Notes: generated by a model from the sequence alone, not told the origin. 64,000 nt of DNA from Chloroflexota bacterium (GCA_963663275.1 OY760183.1:32001-96000); one strand, 5' to 3'; shown: positions 9,459 through 20,348, numbered from the stretch's first letter. Numbers and translations are program-made.

Positions 9459-10736
9459 ATGGAGCAAGACATCGCCTTTGAAATGGCGGCATCCAGTATC
9501 CGTTTCGGCTGGGGAGTCACCCGCGAGGTGGGCATGGACCTGGCGGACCGGGGCGCGCGGCGCGTGATAGTGGTCACGGATCCCGTGTTGCGGGAGTTGC
9601 CGCCGGTAGCCACCGTGCTCACCGCGCTGGACGAGGCCGCCGTGCCTTACGCGCTCTTCGACCGCGTGCAGATCGAGCCTACGGACGCATCGTTCCAAGA
9701 GGCGATTGCGTTTGCCATCGCGGAAGAAGCGGACGCCTTCGTGGCGGTGGGCGGCGGTTCCACCATCGACACGGCCAAAGCCGCCAATCTCTATGCCACC
9801 TATCCCGCCGACTTTCTCGACTATGTCAATGCGCCCATCGGCAAAGGGCTGCCGGTGCCCGCACCGCTCAAGCCCCTGATCGCGATTCCCACCACCGCCG
9901 GCACCGGCAGCGAGACCACCGGCACGGCCATCTTCGACCTGGTCTCGATGCACGCCAAGACGGGCATCGCCCACCGCAACCTGAAACCCACCCTGGGTAT
10001 CATCGATCCGGAAAACACCGCCACCCTCTCGCCCACGGCGGTGGCGTCCACCGGCTGCGACGTGCTGAGCCACGCCCTGGAGTCCTACACGGCCATCGCC
10101 TACACCGCGCGGCCCTATCCGGAGCGGCCTCTGCTGCGACCGGCGTACCAGGGGTCGAATCCGGTGAGCGACCTGTGGGCGCGGGAGACGCTGGCGATGG
10201 TGGCGGAATTCCTGCCGCGCGCCGTGGCGGACCCGCAGGACCGTGAGGCGCGGGAGAAGATGCTGCTGGCGGCGTCGTTTGCCGGTATCGGCTTTGGCAA
10301 CGCGGGCGTGCACCTACCCCACGGCATGTCCTATCCCGTGGCCGGCATGGTGCGCGGCTACCATCCGGACGGCTACGCCGGCGACCACCCAATCGTGCCC
10401 CACGGCATGGCGGTTATCTTGAACGCGCCCGCGGTATTCCGCTTTACCGGGGCCGCCGGGCCAACGCGCCACATCCAGGCGGCCGGGCTGCTGGGCGCGG
10501 ACGTGAGCCGGGCAAAGCCCCGCGACGCGGGCGCGATTCTGGCCGACCGCCTCATCGAGATCATGCGGGAGTTGCAGATACCAAACGGCCTCAGCGCCGT
10601 AGGGTACACCACGGCGGACATTCCGGCGCTGGTGGAAGGCACGCTGCCGCAGCACCGCGTGACCAAACTCTCGCCGCGCCAGGCTTCGGCGGACGACCTG
10701 GCGCGCATGTTCGAGGACGCCATGCGGTATTGGTGA
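9459..10736 (+). CDS. Hydroxyacid-oxoacid transhydrogenase (ADHFE1-like iron-containing alcohol dehydrogenase family)
   Basis: AFEMAASSIRFG, GGGSTIDTAK, PTTAGTGSE, HALES, RPAYQGSNP, GVHLPHGMSYP, PHG. Confidence 0.88.
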   Translation: MEQDIAFEMAASSIRFGWGVTREVGMDLADRGARRVIVVTDPVLRELPPVATVLTALDEAAVPYALFDRVQIEPTDASFQEAIAFAIAEEADAFVAVGGGSTIDTAKAANLYATYPADFLDYVNAPIGKGLPVPAPLKPLIAIPTTAGTGSETTGTAIFDLVSMHAKTGIAHRNLKPTLGIIDPENTATLSPTAVASTGCDVLSHALESYTAIAYTARPYPERPLLRPAYQGSNPVSDLWARETLAMVAEFLPRAVADPQDREAREKMLLAASFAGIGFGNAGVHLPHGMSYPVAGMVRGYHPDGYAGDHPIVPHGMAVILNAPAVFRFTGAAGPTRHIQAAGLLGADVSRAKPRDAGAILADRLIEIMRELQIPNGLSAVGYTTADIPALVEGTLPQHRVTKLSPRQASADDLARMFEDAMRYW

Positions 10737-11092
10737 TGCGCCCGCGCCGCACGCGCCTGATAGGGGTACGACACAGGGTAGATACACGCAATCCGCCGCA
10801 CACCCGGTAGGGGCACGACATGTCGTGCCCCTACACGAGGCGAGGGACCTATCTCGACACCGTGTCGCGCCCCGTGCTCCATTCGACGCCGTTCGCTTCA
10901 TTCCGGCTCTTGCCAGGGTCTACGCGAATAGCCGCCCTTTAGGCTAATTCTCCCTTGACATGCCAATATCTTGTGTTTTACCATTCTGTCTACACTAAAT
11001 ATAGTATGCGGTTTCCGCCATGCAGGGATTGCGCGGCTGCGGCATAATGGGACTACGCGCCCACGTATGCGCCCGCGCGTGCGTCTCGGCGC

Positions 11093-11169
11093 CTCCCTGT
11101 AGCTCAGTTGGATAGAGCAGCAGTTTCCTAAACTGCGTGTCGGGCGTTCGAGTCGCCCCAGGGAGGCCA
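11093..11169 (+). tRNA. tRNA-Arg(CCT)
   Basis: Cloverleaf: acceptor CTCCCTG/CAGGGAG, anticodon arm GCAGT-TTCCTAA-ACTGC, TTCGA T-loop, encoded CCA. Confidence 0.95.
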
Positions 11170-11366
11170 ACCGCGCCGGAATTCGACCGGCGCCGTCGGC
11201 TCAAGGGGCCATGCCGACCGTGCTGTCATGCTGACCGCGCGTCCGTGCCAATCGCGCGGTCATGCCGGCCGTGCTGTCGCGCCAACCGCGCGTTCGCGCC
11301 GGCCGTCCGCTCTTCCCGCACGGTGGCGCCACCGTCTCACCGCAACAACCCGCCCGGAGGTACTCA

Positions 11367-12371
11367 ATGGGTTCGTTCACGCGCGCGCGGCGCGCATTCC
11401 TCGGTACGTTGATTGTCCTAACGGCGCTCGCTGCCGGCTGCGCCGTGCAGCCGGCCGCCGCGCCGGAGACTGCGGCGGCTCCGCCGGAGACCGCAGAGCC
11501 CGCGCCCACCGCGACGGCGGCAGCCAGTGCGTTTCCCCGCACGATTACGGACGGTTTGGGGAACGCCGTAACCATCCCGCAGCAGCCCCAGCGCATCGTC
11601 TCGCTTACTTTGGCCACGGACGAAATCCTGCTCTCGCTGGTGGACCCAGCCCGCGTGCGCGCCGTCACCTACCTGGCCGGAGACTCCATGTGGACGAACG
11701 TCAGCGAGCAAGCCAAGCAGGTCGAACACACCGTGCAGTCCGATCCGGAGCAGATCATCGCCCTGGAACCGGACCTCGTCCTGGCCGCCGTCTATAACAA
11801 TCCCGATCACCTCACGCTGCTCCGGGACGCCGGCGTGCCGGTGGTGGTGGTCTCGCTCTTCGATTCGGTCGATCGGGTGGCGGACAACATCCGTTTCGTC
11901 GCGCAACTCACCGGGGACGAGGCCCGGGCGGAGGAAATCATTGCCGCCATGGATGAGCGGCTCGCGGCCATCGAAGCGCAGGTGGCTGAGGCCGAGACGA
12001 AACCCCGGGTGTTGTTCTACACCGCCTTTGGCAGTTCCGCCGGCAAAGGCTCCACGTTCAGCGACATCGTGCGGCGCGCCGGCGGCGTCAACCTGGGCGA
12101 CGAGGCGCTGGGCGGCCCCTTTGGCGAGATTTCGCTGGAGAAGATCGTGGAACTCGATCCCGACGTGATCATCACCGACGAGTTCGCGCCGGAGGATAAC
12201 CCCCAGTGGCAGGAAGAATTCGCCAATCATCCCGCGCTGGCTAACGTGAGCGCCAAGCGGAACGGCCGCATCTATACCGTGCCCGCGCGCCACCTATCGA
12301 CGCTCTCGCACTATATCGTGGAGGGCGTGTACGACGTGGCGCGGGTGTTGCATCCCGATCTGGTGCAATGA
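11367..12371 (+). CDS. ABC substrate-binding lipoprotein, cobalamin/iron-siderophore (BtuF-like)
   Basis: Lipobox LAAGC, PQRIVSL, EQIIALEPDLVL, EKIVELDPDVII. Confidence 0.85.
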   Translation: MGSFTRARRAFLGTLIVLTALAAGCAVQPAAAPETAAAPPETAEPAPTATAAASAFPRTITDGLGNAVTIPQQPQRIVSLTLATDEILLSLVDPARVRAVTYLAGDSMWTNVSEQAKQVEHTVQSDPEQIIALEPDLVLAAVYNNPDHLTLLRDAGVPVVVVSLFDSVDRVADNIRFVAQLTGDEARAEEIIAAMDERLAAIEAQVAEAETKPRVLFYTAFGSSAGKGSTFSDIVRRAGGVNLGDEALGGPFGEISLEKIVELDPDVIITDEFAPEDNPQWQEEFANHPALANVSAKRNGRIYTVPARHLSTLSHYIVEGVYDVARVLHPDLVQ

Positions 12372-12438
12372 GAGTGAAGGGGCGTTTTCCCCTCACCCCG
12401 GCCCTCTCCCCTGGGAGAGGGAGCGGAGGGAGCGGACT

Positions 12439-12860
12439 CTTTCGCTCCCGAAGGAGGCCCTGCGGTCCGTAGGGGCGGTTCGCGAACCGCCCCTACGTCA
12501 AACGCACTACCCCTTTCCCTTTGAGGCTGACAGGGGTATGAATGCTATGATCGACATCACGTGTCAGCCCTTTGAGGGAAAAGGTTGGAATGGGGGAGGC
12601 AGGTCGCGGATCCTTTCGCTCCCGGCAGAAACCCTGCGGTCCGTAGGGGCGGTTCGCGAACCGCCCCTACGTCAAACGCACTACACCTTTCCCTTTGAGG
12701 CTGACAGGGGTATGAATGCTATGATCGACATCACGTGTCAGCCCTTTGAGGGAAAAGGTTGGAATGGGGGAGGCAGGTCGCGGATCCTTTCGCTCCCGGC
12801 AGAAACCCTGCGGTCCGTAGGGGCGGTTCGCGAACCGCCCCTACGTCATACGCATTGCCC
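12439..12860. repeat. 174-bp tandem repeat (~2.4 copies) built from a REP plus a mini-MITE
   Basis: REP palindrome starts at 12469, 12643 and 12817 (exact 174-bp period). Confidence 0.9.
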
Positions 12861-12907
12861 CTTTCCCTTTCAGCGAAGATGTTGAGACGAGGGAGGTACA
12901 CGCTTAC

Positions 12908-13972
12908 GTGCTGCGACGGGTGTTTGACGTTGAAGCGCCGCTGGCGCTCAGGCTGGCGTTGGCGTTGGGCGCGCTCACGCTGCTGCTCTTCCTCTCGTTG
13001 GTGGTAACGCTGGCATTCGGCGCCGTGGACGTGCCGTTGGGCGTAACCGCCTCGATCATCGTGCAGCGGATGGGCATTCCGCTGGGCGCGGCGGCGAGCG
13101 ACGTGCAGTGGAGCGTCATCAGCCACGTGCGGCTGCCGCGCGTGCTGACGGCGGCGTTGGTGGGCGCGGCGCTGGCGGTGGCGGGCGCGACGATGCAGGG
13201 CATCTTCCGCAATCCGCTCGCCGATCCCGGCATCATCGGGGTCTCGGCCGGCGGCGCGTTGGGCGCGGTGGTCGCCATTCACTTCGGGTTGCGCGGCCTG
13301 CATTATCTGGCGACCCCGGCGCTGGCTTTTGGCGGCGCGCTGGGCGCGGCCATGCTGGTGTACGCCCTGGCAGCGGCGCGGGGCGTAGACCCGCTCATGA
13401 CGATGATACTGGCCGGCGTAGCGGTGCAAGCCTTCATCGGCGCTGTCATCTCGGCGGTTCTCACGCTCACCGCGGACGTCAACGCCATGCGCGAGATCGT
13501 CTTCTGGCTCACCGGCAGCCTGAGCGCGCGCAGTTGGACTCACGTGCAACTCATCTTGCCCTTCATCGCCGCCGGCAGCCTGCTTCTGCTCTGCTTTGCC
13601 CGCGACCTCAACCTGATGGCGTTGGGCGAGGAATCCGCCCGCAGCATGGGCGTGGACGCCCGGCGCGTGCGCCTGATCATGCTCACCCTGGCGGCGCTCA
13701 TCACCGCGGTGGCCGTGGCCGTGAGCGGCATCATCGGTTTCGTCGGGCTGGTAGTGCCCCACATGGTGCGCCTGGTGGTGGGCCCCGACCACCGGCTGGT
13801 GCTGCCCACCAGTCTCCTCGCCGGCGCGGTATTGCTCACGTGGGCGGATTTCGGCTCGCGGCTGCTCTTGCGGCCCCAGGAGTTGCGGGTGGGGTTGATC
13901 ACCGCCTTCTTCGGCGCGCCGTTCTTCCTCTTTCTCCTGTACCGCCACAAGCGGCAGGGAACGGTGCTATGA
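12908..13972 (+). CDS. ABC permease, FecCD/BtuC family
   Basis: RLPRV, MQGIFRNPLADP, LGEESARSMG, IGFVGLVVPH. Confidence 0.9.
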   Translation: MLRRVFDVEAPLALRLALALGALTLLLFLSLVVTLAFGAVDVPLGVTASIIVQRMGIPLGAAASDVQWSVISHVRLPRVLTAALVGAALAVAGATMQGIFRNPLADPGIIGVSAGGALGAVVAIHFGLRGLHYLATPALAFGGALGAAMLVYALAAARGVDPLMTMILAGVAVQAFIGAVISAVLTLTADVNAMREIVFWLTGSLSARSWTHVQLILPFIAAGSLLLLCFARDLNLMALGEESARSMGVDARRVRLIMLTLAALITAVAVAVSGIIGFVGLVVPHMVRLVVGPDHRLVLPTSLLAGAVLLTWADFGSRLLLRPQELRVGLITAFFGAPFFLFLLYRHKRQGTVL

Positions 13973-14784
13973 GCGCCCCGCCGGACGCTGAGCGCATCGC
14001 CGGCGCCGCGCTCAGCGCAGAGGGCGTTTCCTATGCCGTGGGCATGGCGCAGTTGCTGGAAGCGGTGTCTTTGGAAGCGCGCGCCGGCAGCCTGCTGGGG
14101 TTGATTGGGCCAAACGGGGCCGGCAAGTCCACCCTGCTCAAGTGCATCAGCCGCTTGCTTACGCCCGCCGCCGGACAGGTGCGCGTGGACGGCCAGGACC
14201 TGCTCCGGCAGTCGCCCCGGGAGATCGCCCGCCGGATCGCGCTCCTGCCTCAGAGCGCCGCGCTCGACTTTGCCTTCACCTGCCTGGAGGTGGTCTTGAT
14301 GGGGCGCAATCCCCACCTGGGGCGCTTTCAAGCCGAGGGCGCGCGGGACCGCTCCCTGGCGCGGCAGAACATGAAAGCCACCGGAACCGGGGCGTTCGCC
14401 ACGCGCCTGATCACCGAGGTTTCCGCCGGCGAGCGCCAGCGCGTGCTCCTGGCCCGCGCGCTCACCCAACAGCCGCGCCTGCTCCTGCTGGACGAGCCGA
14501 CCGCCGGACTGGACGTGCAGCACCAGCTCCAGGTGTTCGGGCTGATACGCGGTCTGGCGCGCCGGGGGCTGACGGCCATTGCCGTGGTGCACGACCTGAA
14601 CCTGGCGGCGCGCTACTGTGACCGGCTGCTGATGCTCGACCGGGGTAAGGTGCACGCGCGCGGCAGCGTGGCAGCGGTGCTGACGCCGGAGAATCTGGCG
14701 CGGGTCTTCCGCGTGGAGGCTACGGTGGAGCCGGACCCGGCGCTGGGCGCGCCGCGCGTGACCGTGCTTGCGGCCCTCGAGTGA
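13969..14784 (+). CDS. ABC ATPase, FepC/BtuD-like
   Basis: GPNGAGKST, SAGERQR, LLLLDEPT, VVHDL; ATGA overlap with the permease stop. Confidence 0.9.
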   Translation: MSAPPDAERIAGAALSAEGVSYAVGMAQLLEAVSLEARAGSLLGLIGPNGAGKSTLLKCISRLLTPAAGQVRVDGQDLLRQSPREIARRIALLPQSAALDFAFTCLEVVLMGRNPHLGRFQAEGARDRSLARQNMKATGTGAFATRLITEVSAGERQRVLLARALTQQPRLLLLDEPTAGLDVQHQLQVFGLIRGLARRGLTAIAVVHDLNLAARYCDRLLMLDRGKVHARGSVAAVLTPENLARVFRVEATVEPDPALGAPRVTVLAALE

Positions 14785-15030
14785 GCGCGCAATCTGGATC
14801 CCTCTTCCTGGGGAAGCCCTTTTATAGCCCCTTCCCCATTGAGGGCTGACAGGGGTAGGCATTCTAAATTCGACTTCACGTGTCATTCCGAGCGGAGCGC
14901 AGCGGAGAGAGGAATGACATGCTAAGCCGATAGTGGGTTGGGTACCCCGGGTTGCGTATCTCTGGGTGCACACCCCCTGGTTGCGTATCTCTGGTTGCGT
15001 ACCCCTATCGGCTGGGGAGAGGGCTGGGGA

Positions 15031-15852
15031 TTACGGCTTATTGGCTATAGCTTCGCCGTAGGCAACGCCGCAGAAGGCGCCGGGGTGTTCCCGCCACTTG
15101 TCGTAGGCCTCCTGAACTTGATCGGCCAGTTCTCGCGTCGAAGCGCCGTACTGAATGGCCGCTTCCACGATTTCGGGCGAGAGGAACCACTGAGTCGCCA
15201 CGCCGTAGATGAATTCCACGTCCCCGGCCGAGTGGTAATTATCGAACGAACCGGACGCCTGGATGTTCTGGAACCCGGCCGTAAGCAGGTGTTCCTTCAA
15301 TTCCTTCCCCATCTGGGGGTGGCCGTCGTCGGCCGCCAGCAGGTCTTCGAACATAGCCCACGCATTGCGCATGACGCCGAAATCGGGATGCGAGAAGGAA
15401 GACTCGCAAATCATCTCGCGGCAGGAGATGATGCCGCCGGGTTTCATGACGCGCTTCACTTCCGCCAGCACCGCCTGTGTATCCGGCACGTGCTGGAGCA
15501 GGGCGTGGCAGTGGGCCACTTCGAAGAAGTCGTCCTCGAAAGGCATGTCCGTCACGTCGGCGACGTGGAACGTCACGTTTGGGACGCTAAGCAGTTTGCA
15601 GGAGGTCCGCGCCAGTTCTACCTGCGACGCCTCCATGTCCACGCCGTGCAAGTGGCCGGGGTCTACGCGCGCGGCCAGGCCTGCCGATATGGTGCCCGGG
15701 CCGCAGCCAAAGTCGAGTATGCGCATGCCGGGCCTGAGATACGGCAATAGGTGCTTGGCGTGGCTCACGGCCGTGTAACGCTTCAGGGTCGCGATGAATT
15801 CATCGCTGAACCCCATCGTATAGTCGGGTGTCGCCGATTCGAATTCAGCCAT
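15031..15852 (-). CDS. Class I SAM-dependent methyltransferase (paralog 1)
   Basis: ILDFGCGPG motif I, MPFEDDFF, MKPGG. Confidence 0.88.
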   Translation of the reverse strand: MAEFESATPDYTMGFSDEFIATLKRYTAVSHAKHLLPYLRPGMRILDFGCGPGTISAGLAARVDPGHLHGVDMEASQVELARTSCKLLSVPNVTFHVADVTDMPFEDDFFEVAHCHALLQHVPDTQAVLAEVKRVMKPGGIISCREMICESSFSHPDFGVMRNAWAMFEDLLAADDGHPQMGKELKEHLLTAGFQNIQASGSFDNYHSAGDVEFIYGVATQWFLSPEIVEAAIQYGASTRELADQVQEAYDKWREHPGAFCGVAYGEAIANKP

Positions 15853-16026
15853 GCGCTCCCTTCCTTTCTGAGCCAATTAGATTAGCCATTATAGAGGTAT
15901 GCGCGCCTGCATTCAACAGCCCACCGTGCGGCGCTGCGCGTTCACGCGCCATGCTTCCGTCGTTGCCGGGCGCGCGAGCGCTGTTGGGAGCGCCAAGCCG
16001 CATTGCTCAGCGCCTGCGGGCCGGCG

Positions 16027-16851
16027 CTAGGGCTTCCGCCCGATGCCCTCGCCGTACGCGATGCCGGAAACCGCGCCGGGATGGTTCTTCCACTTCTCGT
16101 AGGCGTCGCGTATCCTATCGAAGAGCTTTGTGGTTGCCGCGCCGTACTTTATGGCCATGTCCACGTTGTCGGGCGCCAGGAACCATCTGGTGCCGCGCGT
16201 GTAGGCAACGGCAATGTCCGCGTGGGTGCTGTGGAGTTCGAAAGAAGCGGAGAGTTGCGTATCCTCAAATCCCGCGTCGGAGAGATGGGCCTTCAATTCC
16301 TTCCCCATCTGCGGGTGACCCTCGTCGGTCTCCACCACGTCCTGAAAGACTTCCCACGTCTCTTGCAGCACGCCGTAGTCGGGATACATGAAGCTGGAGC
16401 CGATAATCGCCTCGCGGCAGGCGATCATGCCGCCGGTTTTCAGGACACGCTTCGCCTCGGCCAGCACGGCGCCGGTATCCGGCACGTGCATGAGCAGGTT
16501 ATGGCAGTGGGCGACGTCGAAGGATTCATCCTCGAACGGCAGCGCGGTCACGTCGCCCACGTGGAAGACGGCGTTGCCGCACTCCTGCTCCTTGGCAGTG
16601 GCGCGCGCCCGCTCGATCGGGATTTCATCCATGTCGATGCCGTGCATCTCGCCCCCGGGCGCTACCGCCGCGGCGAGACCCACCGATATGGAGCCGGGGC
16701 CGCATCCAAGGTCGAGAATGCGCAAGCCGGGCTCGAGATGCGGCAGCAGATACGCGGCGCTGGTCTCCGCCTTCAGCCGCGCCTGATGCGCAAGTATCTC
16801 TTCGCCAAAGCCAATCGAATAGTCGGGTGTCGCCGACTCCGTACCTTCCAT
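16027..16851 (-). CDS. Class I SAM-dependent methyltransferase (paralog 2)
   Basis: ILDLGCGPG, LPFEDESFD, LKTGG; colinear with paralog 1. Confidence 0.88.
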   Translation of the reverse strand: MEGTESATPDYSIGFGEEILAHQARLKAETSAAYLLPHLEPGLRILDLGCGPGSISVGLAAAVAPGGEMHGIDMDEIPIERARATAKEQECGNAVFHVGDVTALPFEDESFDVAHCHNLLMHVPDTGAVLAEAKRVLKTGGMIACREAIIGSSFMYPDYGVLQETWEVFQDVVETDEGHPQMGKELKAHLSDAGFEDTQLSASFELHSTHADIAVAYTRGTRWFLAPDNVDMAIKYGAATTKLFDRIRDAYEKWKNHPGAVSGIAYGEGIGRKP

Positions 16852-17071
16852 ACACGCGCTCCTTTTGTGAGCATCAACCATTATATCACGTTTGCAGTTC
16901 GTTCAAAATAGCCCGCGGCGAAAAAATCCCCAGGCCGCGCCCGGGCGAGAACCGGCAGCGCGCCCTTGGATGAGCCGCCGCACCCCAGCGCCGCGCGTGT
17001 GTGACTATAATAGAGTCTGAGCGCGCCGCAGCGCGGCGAACCAATTTAATCGTACCGCTGGGGAGAAGCCA

Positions 17072-17773
17072 TTGCCACGGGATAAGGTCCTGATCATCGA
17101 GGACGACGACAACCTGCAAGAGGCGTTGCGCTACCGCCTGGAGCAGGACGGCTACAAGGTGCACAGCGCCCGGGATGGGGAAGAGGGGCTGGAACTGGCG
17201 CGGGAGACGCGGCCCGACATCATCATCCTCGACATCATGCTGCCCGTGCTGGACGGCCTGGAGGTCTGCCGCATCCTGCGCCAGGAAACCGCCGTGCCGG
17301 TCATCATGCTCACGGCGAAAGGCGAAGAGGTGGACCGGGTGGTGGGCCTGGAACTTGGCGCGGACGACTACGTGGTCAAGCCTTTCAGCACCCGCGAGTT
17401 GCTGGCGCGGATGCGCGCCGTGCGCCGCCGCGCCCGGCCGGGCGGCGACGCCGCTTCCCAGGCCGATGCGGCCGCCGTGCTGCGGGCCGGCGACCTGCGC
17501 GTGAACCAGACCAGCCACACCGCCACATTGGGCGACCGGACTCTGGCGCTGAAACCCAAGGAGTTCAGCCTGCTGGCGCTGCTCATGTCCAGCCCCGGCC
17601 GGGTCTTTACCCGCGACCGGATTCTGGAGCGCATCTGGGGCTTCGATTGGGTAGGCGACAGCCGCACGGTGGACGTGCACGTGCGGCGGCTGCGGGAGAA
17701 GATCGAAGCCGACCCCAGCGAACCGGCCCGCATCGTGACCGTGCGGGGCGTGGGCTACCGGTTTGAAGGATGA
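17072..17773 (+). CDS. phoB: OmpR/PhoB-family response regulator, probably PhoP/PhoB
   Basis: IIEDD, LDIMLP, GADDYVVKPF, TVDVHVRRLREK, VRGVGY; next to phoR and phoU; TATAAT near 17006. Confidence 0.8.
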   Translation: MPRDKVLIIEDDDNLQEALRYRLEQDGYKVHSARDGEEGLELARETRPDIIILDIMLPVLDGLEVCRILRQETAVPVIMLTAKGEEVDRVVGLELGADDYVVKPFSTRELLARMRAVRRRARPGGDAASQADAAAVLRAGDLRVNQTSHTATLGDRTLALKPKEFSLLALLMSSPGRVFTRDRILERIWGFDWVGDSRTVDVHVRRLREKIEADPSEPARIVTVRGVGYRFEG

Positions 17774-19569
17774 GATTTCCACGATCGCTGCATTGGCGCA
17801 TCACGCTGGCCTGCGCCGCGTTGATCGCCCTCACGCTCGGCGCGACGAGCATCTATCTCGTCACGTCCGTCCGCGGCGCGTACCTGGCGAACCTGGAAAC
17901 CCGCCTGGAACACGAGGCGCGCCTGGTCGCGGAAGCCAGCGCCCCCTACCTGGCCGGCCAGGCGGACGCGCCCACGCTCCAGGCGGCCAGCGAGCGCATG
18001 GGAGCAACCATCGACGCGCGCGTGACCCTCTACGCCCCTGACGGTACCGTGCTGGCCGATAGTTGGCAAGACCCAGCGGCAACGGCGAGCCAGGCCGTCC
18101 CGCCGGAGGCGCAACGCGCGCTGGACGGCGGCGTGGGCGTCAGCGCCCGGCGCGGGGGCGCCGCGAATGAGGACACGCTTCACGTGGCCGTGCCCATTGC
18201 CGCCCAGGACACCGTGCTGGGCGCGGCGCGGGTGGCGGCGCCGGCGGCGCAGGCTTACCCGAGCCTGAACCGCATCATCGCCGGTATCGCCGTGATCGGC
18301 CTGGTGGGCGCGGCGCTGGCGGCGCTGATCGGCTACCGTGCCGCCGGAGGCGCTTCCCGTTCGCTCGGCGCGCTTACCGAAGGCGCCCGCCAACTCGCCG
18401 CCGGCCAACTGGAATACCGCGTGCAGGCCCCGGACAGCCGCGAAATGCAAGAACTCGCCCAGGCCTTCAACCGCATGGCCGCCTCCCTGCGCGACGTGGT
18501 GCGCGACCTTTCGGTGGAACGCGGCAAGCTGTCGGCGGTGCTCGATACCATGGCCGACGGCGTGGTGGTCATCGACGGCAACGGCCGCATCGCGCTGGTG
18601 AACCACGCCGCCGAACAGATCCTCAACCTCACGCGCGGGGACGTCCTGGACCGCCGCTTCAGCGAGGCCATCCGCGACTACAGCCTGCAACAACTGGTGA
18701 CCCGCTGCACGGAGGAGCGCGCGGTGCAGCACGGCGAGGTGGAAATCCCCCAGTGGCGCCGCTATCTCAGCGTGATCACCACACCGCTGGCCGAGCACGG
18801 CGACGCCGGTATCCTGCTCACCATGCACGACCTGACGCGCATCCGCCAGGTGGAGACCACCCGCCGGGAGTTCGTGAGCAACGTTTCCCACGAACTGCGC
18901 GGGCCGCTGGCCGCGGTGAAAGGCCTGGTAGAGTCCCTGCAAAGCGGCGCGCTGAAGGATAAGAAGCGCGCGAAGGACTTCCTGCGCCGCATCAATAGCG
19001 ACGTGGACCGCATGGCCGCCATGGTGGACGAGTTGATGGAACTCTCCCGCCTGGAGAGCGAGCAGGCCGGCCTGGAACTCGCGCCGCTTGACCTGCGCCC
19101 GCTCATGGCCGAGCTTCAGGACGAGCACCGCCAGCGCGCGGAAAAGTCGAAGATCACGCTGGAGGTGACGCTGCCGGAACGCCTGCCGCGCGTGCGCGGC
19201 GATGAGGAGAAACTGCGCCAGGTGCTCGGCAACCTGCTGAACAACGCGTTCAAGTTCACGCCCAAGCACGGGCAAATCCTGCTGGCGGCGCAGGCGGAGA
19301 ACGGCGCGGTCCGCCTGCGGGTGACGGATACCGGCGTGGGCATTCCCCCCAAGCACCTGCCCCATGTCTTCGAGCGCTTCTATAAGGTGGACCGCTCGCG
19401 GCGCAGCGAGGGCTTCGGCCTGGGGCTGGCCATCGTCAAGCACGTGGTGCAGACCCACGGCGGCGAAATCGACGCGGATAGCGTGGAAGGCCAGGGCACG
19501 ACCTTTACGGTAACCCTCCCCGCCGCCCCCGACGACGACGCGCACGACCGTTCGCCCCTCGACACCTAA
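17770..19569 (+). CDS. phoR: Sensor histidine kinase PhoR-like (TM-Cache-HAMP-PAS-HisKA-HATPase)
   Basis: FVSNVSHELRGP, NAFKFT, DTGVGI, FERFYKVD, GLGLAI; PAS 'MADGVVVID'. Confidence 0.8.
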   Translation: MRFPRSLHWRITLACAALIALTLGATSIYLVTSVRGAYLANLETRLEHEARLVAEASAPYLAGQADAPTLQAASERMGATIDARVTLYAPDGTVLADSWQDPAATASQAVPPEAQRALDGGVGVSARRGGAANEDTLHVAVPIAAQDTVLGAARVAAPAAQAYPSLNRIIAGIAVIGLVGAALAALIGYRAAGGASRSLGALTEGARQLAAGQLEYRVQAPDSREMQELAQAFNRMAASLRDVVRDLSVERGKLSAVLDTMADGVVVIDGNGRIALVNHAAEQILNLTRGDVLDRRFSEAIRDYSLQQLVTRCTEERAVQHGEVEIPQWRRYLSVITTPLAEHGDAGILLTMHDLTRIRQVETTRREFVSNVSHELRGPLAAVKGLVESLQSGALKDKKRAKDFLRRINSDVDRMAAMVDELMELSRLESEQAGLELAPLDLRPLMAELQDEHRQRAEKSKITLEVTLPERLPRVRGDEEKLRQVLGNLLNNAFKFTPKHGQILLAAQAENGAVRLRVTDTGVGIPPKHLPHVFERFYKVDRSRRSEGFGLGLAIVKHVVQTHGGEIDADSVEGQGTTFTVTLPAAPDDDAHDRSPLDT

Positions 19570-19575
19570 GACAGT

Positions 19576-20300
19576 TTCAGAACCTGTCGAAAGGCGATGC
19601 CCCGCTCAGCCGTTCGCCCTGAGCCTGTCGAAGGGTGCCGCCGCGCTCAGCCGTTCGCCCAGAGCCTGTCGAAGGGTGAACGGCGGGTTGGTTGTGCCGC
19701 GCTGTCCTCCCCGTTCGCCCAGAGCCTGTCATATAGTGATGCCCCGCATAACCCGTTCGCCTTGAGCTTGTCGAAAGGCGATGCCCCCCACAGCCGTTCG
19801 CCCTGAGCCTGTCGAAGGGTGGCGCCCCCCACAGCCGTTCGCCCTGAGCCTGTCGAAGGGTGAACGGCGGGTTGGTTGTGCCGCACTGTACTCCCCGTTC
19901 ATACTTCGACGGGCTCAGCACGAACGGGGAGTACAGTGCTCACTTCCAATTCGACACCATTCGGGCTTGTGCCCCGTCTCACGGGTCTTAACCTCGTAGC
20001 GCGGGGGCTTGTCCCCCGCCTCGCACGTCTACACCTCGTTACACGGAGGCTTGTCCCCCGCCTCCCGATTCCGCACTGGATTCTGAATTGGGCAATCCCG
20101 GCAATTCCACCCGCCAAAATGATTGACCTTTCGTCACCCGGTGTAGGGGCACGACATGTCGTGCCCCTACACCGGGTGACGAACCATCCAGAGGCATCTT
20201 ACTCGTATCGCTCCACGCTGCGCTCGGAATGACACGTGCACACCCCTGCCTTCCCCCCTCACGCGCCTACACCCCGTTGCGCGGGGGCTTGTCCCCCGCC
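19576..20300. repeat. Large mixed REP cluster
   Basis: About seven copies of CCGTTCGCCCTGAGCCTGTCGAAGGG-like units in 19580-19865; also GTAGCGCGGGGGCTTGTCCCCCG, GTAGGGGCACGACATGTCGTGCCCCTAC (20143-20170) and CTCGGAATGAC units. Confidence 0.85.
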
Positions 20301-20304
20301 GCGA

Positions 20305-20348
20305 TTTCACACGGTGTTCATCCTGCGCTAACCCTCCGTACATGCCGC
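20305..20348 (+). promoter_or_regulatory. Candidate PHO-box array (four 11-bp direct-repeat units)
   Basis: TTTCACACGGT GTTCATCCTGC GCTAACCCTCC GTACATGCCGC in 11-bp register, upstream of the Zn-ribbon gene and phoU. Confidence 0.45.

Noticed and set aside
11170-11366. Cobalamin riboswitch upstream of the BtuF-like operon
   Set aside because: No recognisable conserved B12-element core; only a short direct repeat (CATGCCGRCCGTGCTGTC)
12538-12885. 115-aa ORF with an internal 58-aa repeat
   Set aside because: It is the translation of the 174-bp REP/MITE tandem repeat
13108-13968. N-terminal extension making a 558-aa ABC ATPase
   Set aside because: It overlaps the permease in another frame; the real start is the ATGA-coupled ATG at 13969
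17755-19545. Long antisense ORFs, here and at 24197-26038, 39491-41038, 8064-9227 and 43895-45217
   Set aside because: Shadow ORFs of well-supported genes in high-GC DNA
19576-19940. CRISPR-like array of ~26-bp repeats
   Set aside because: Spacers are short, irregular and related to each other; the repeat is dispersed elsewhere (2860, 7967, 55990, 63715); no cas genes. It is a REP cluster.
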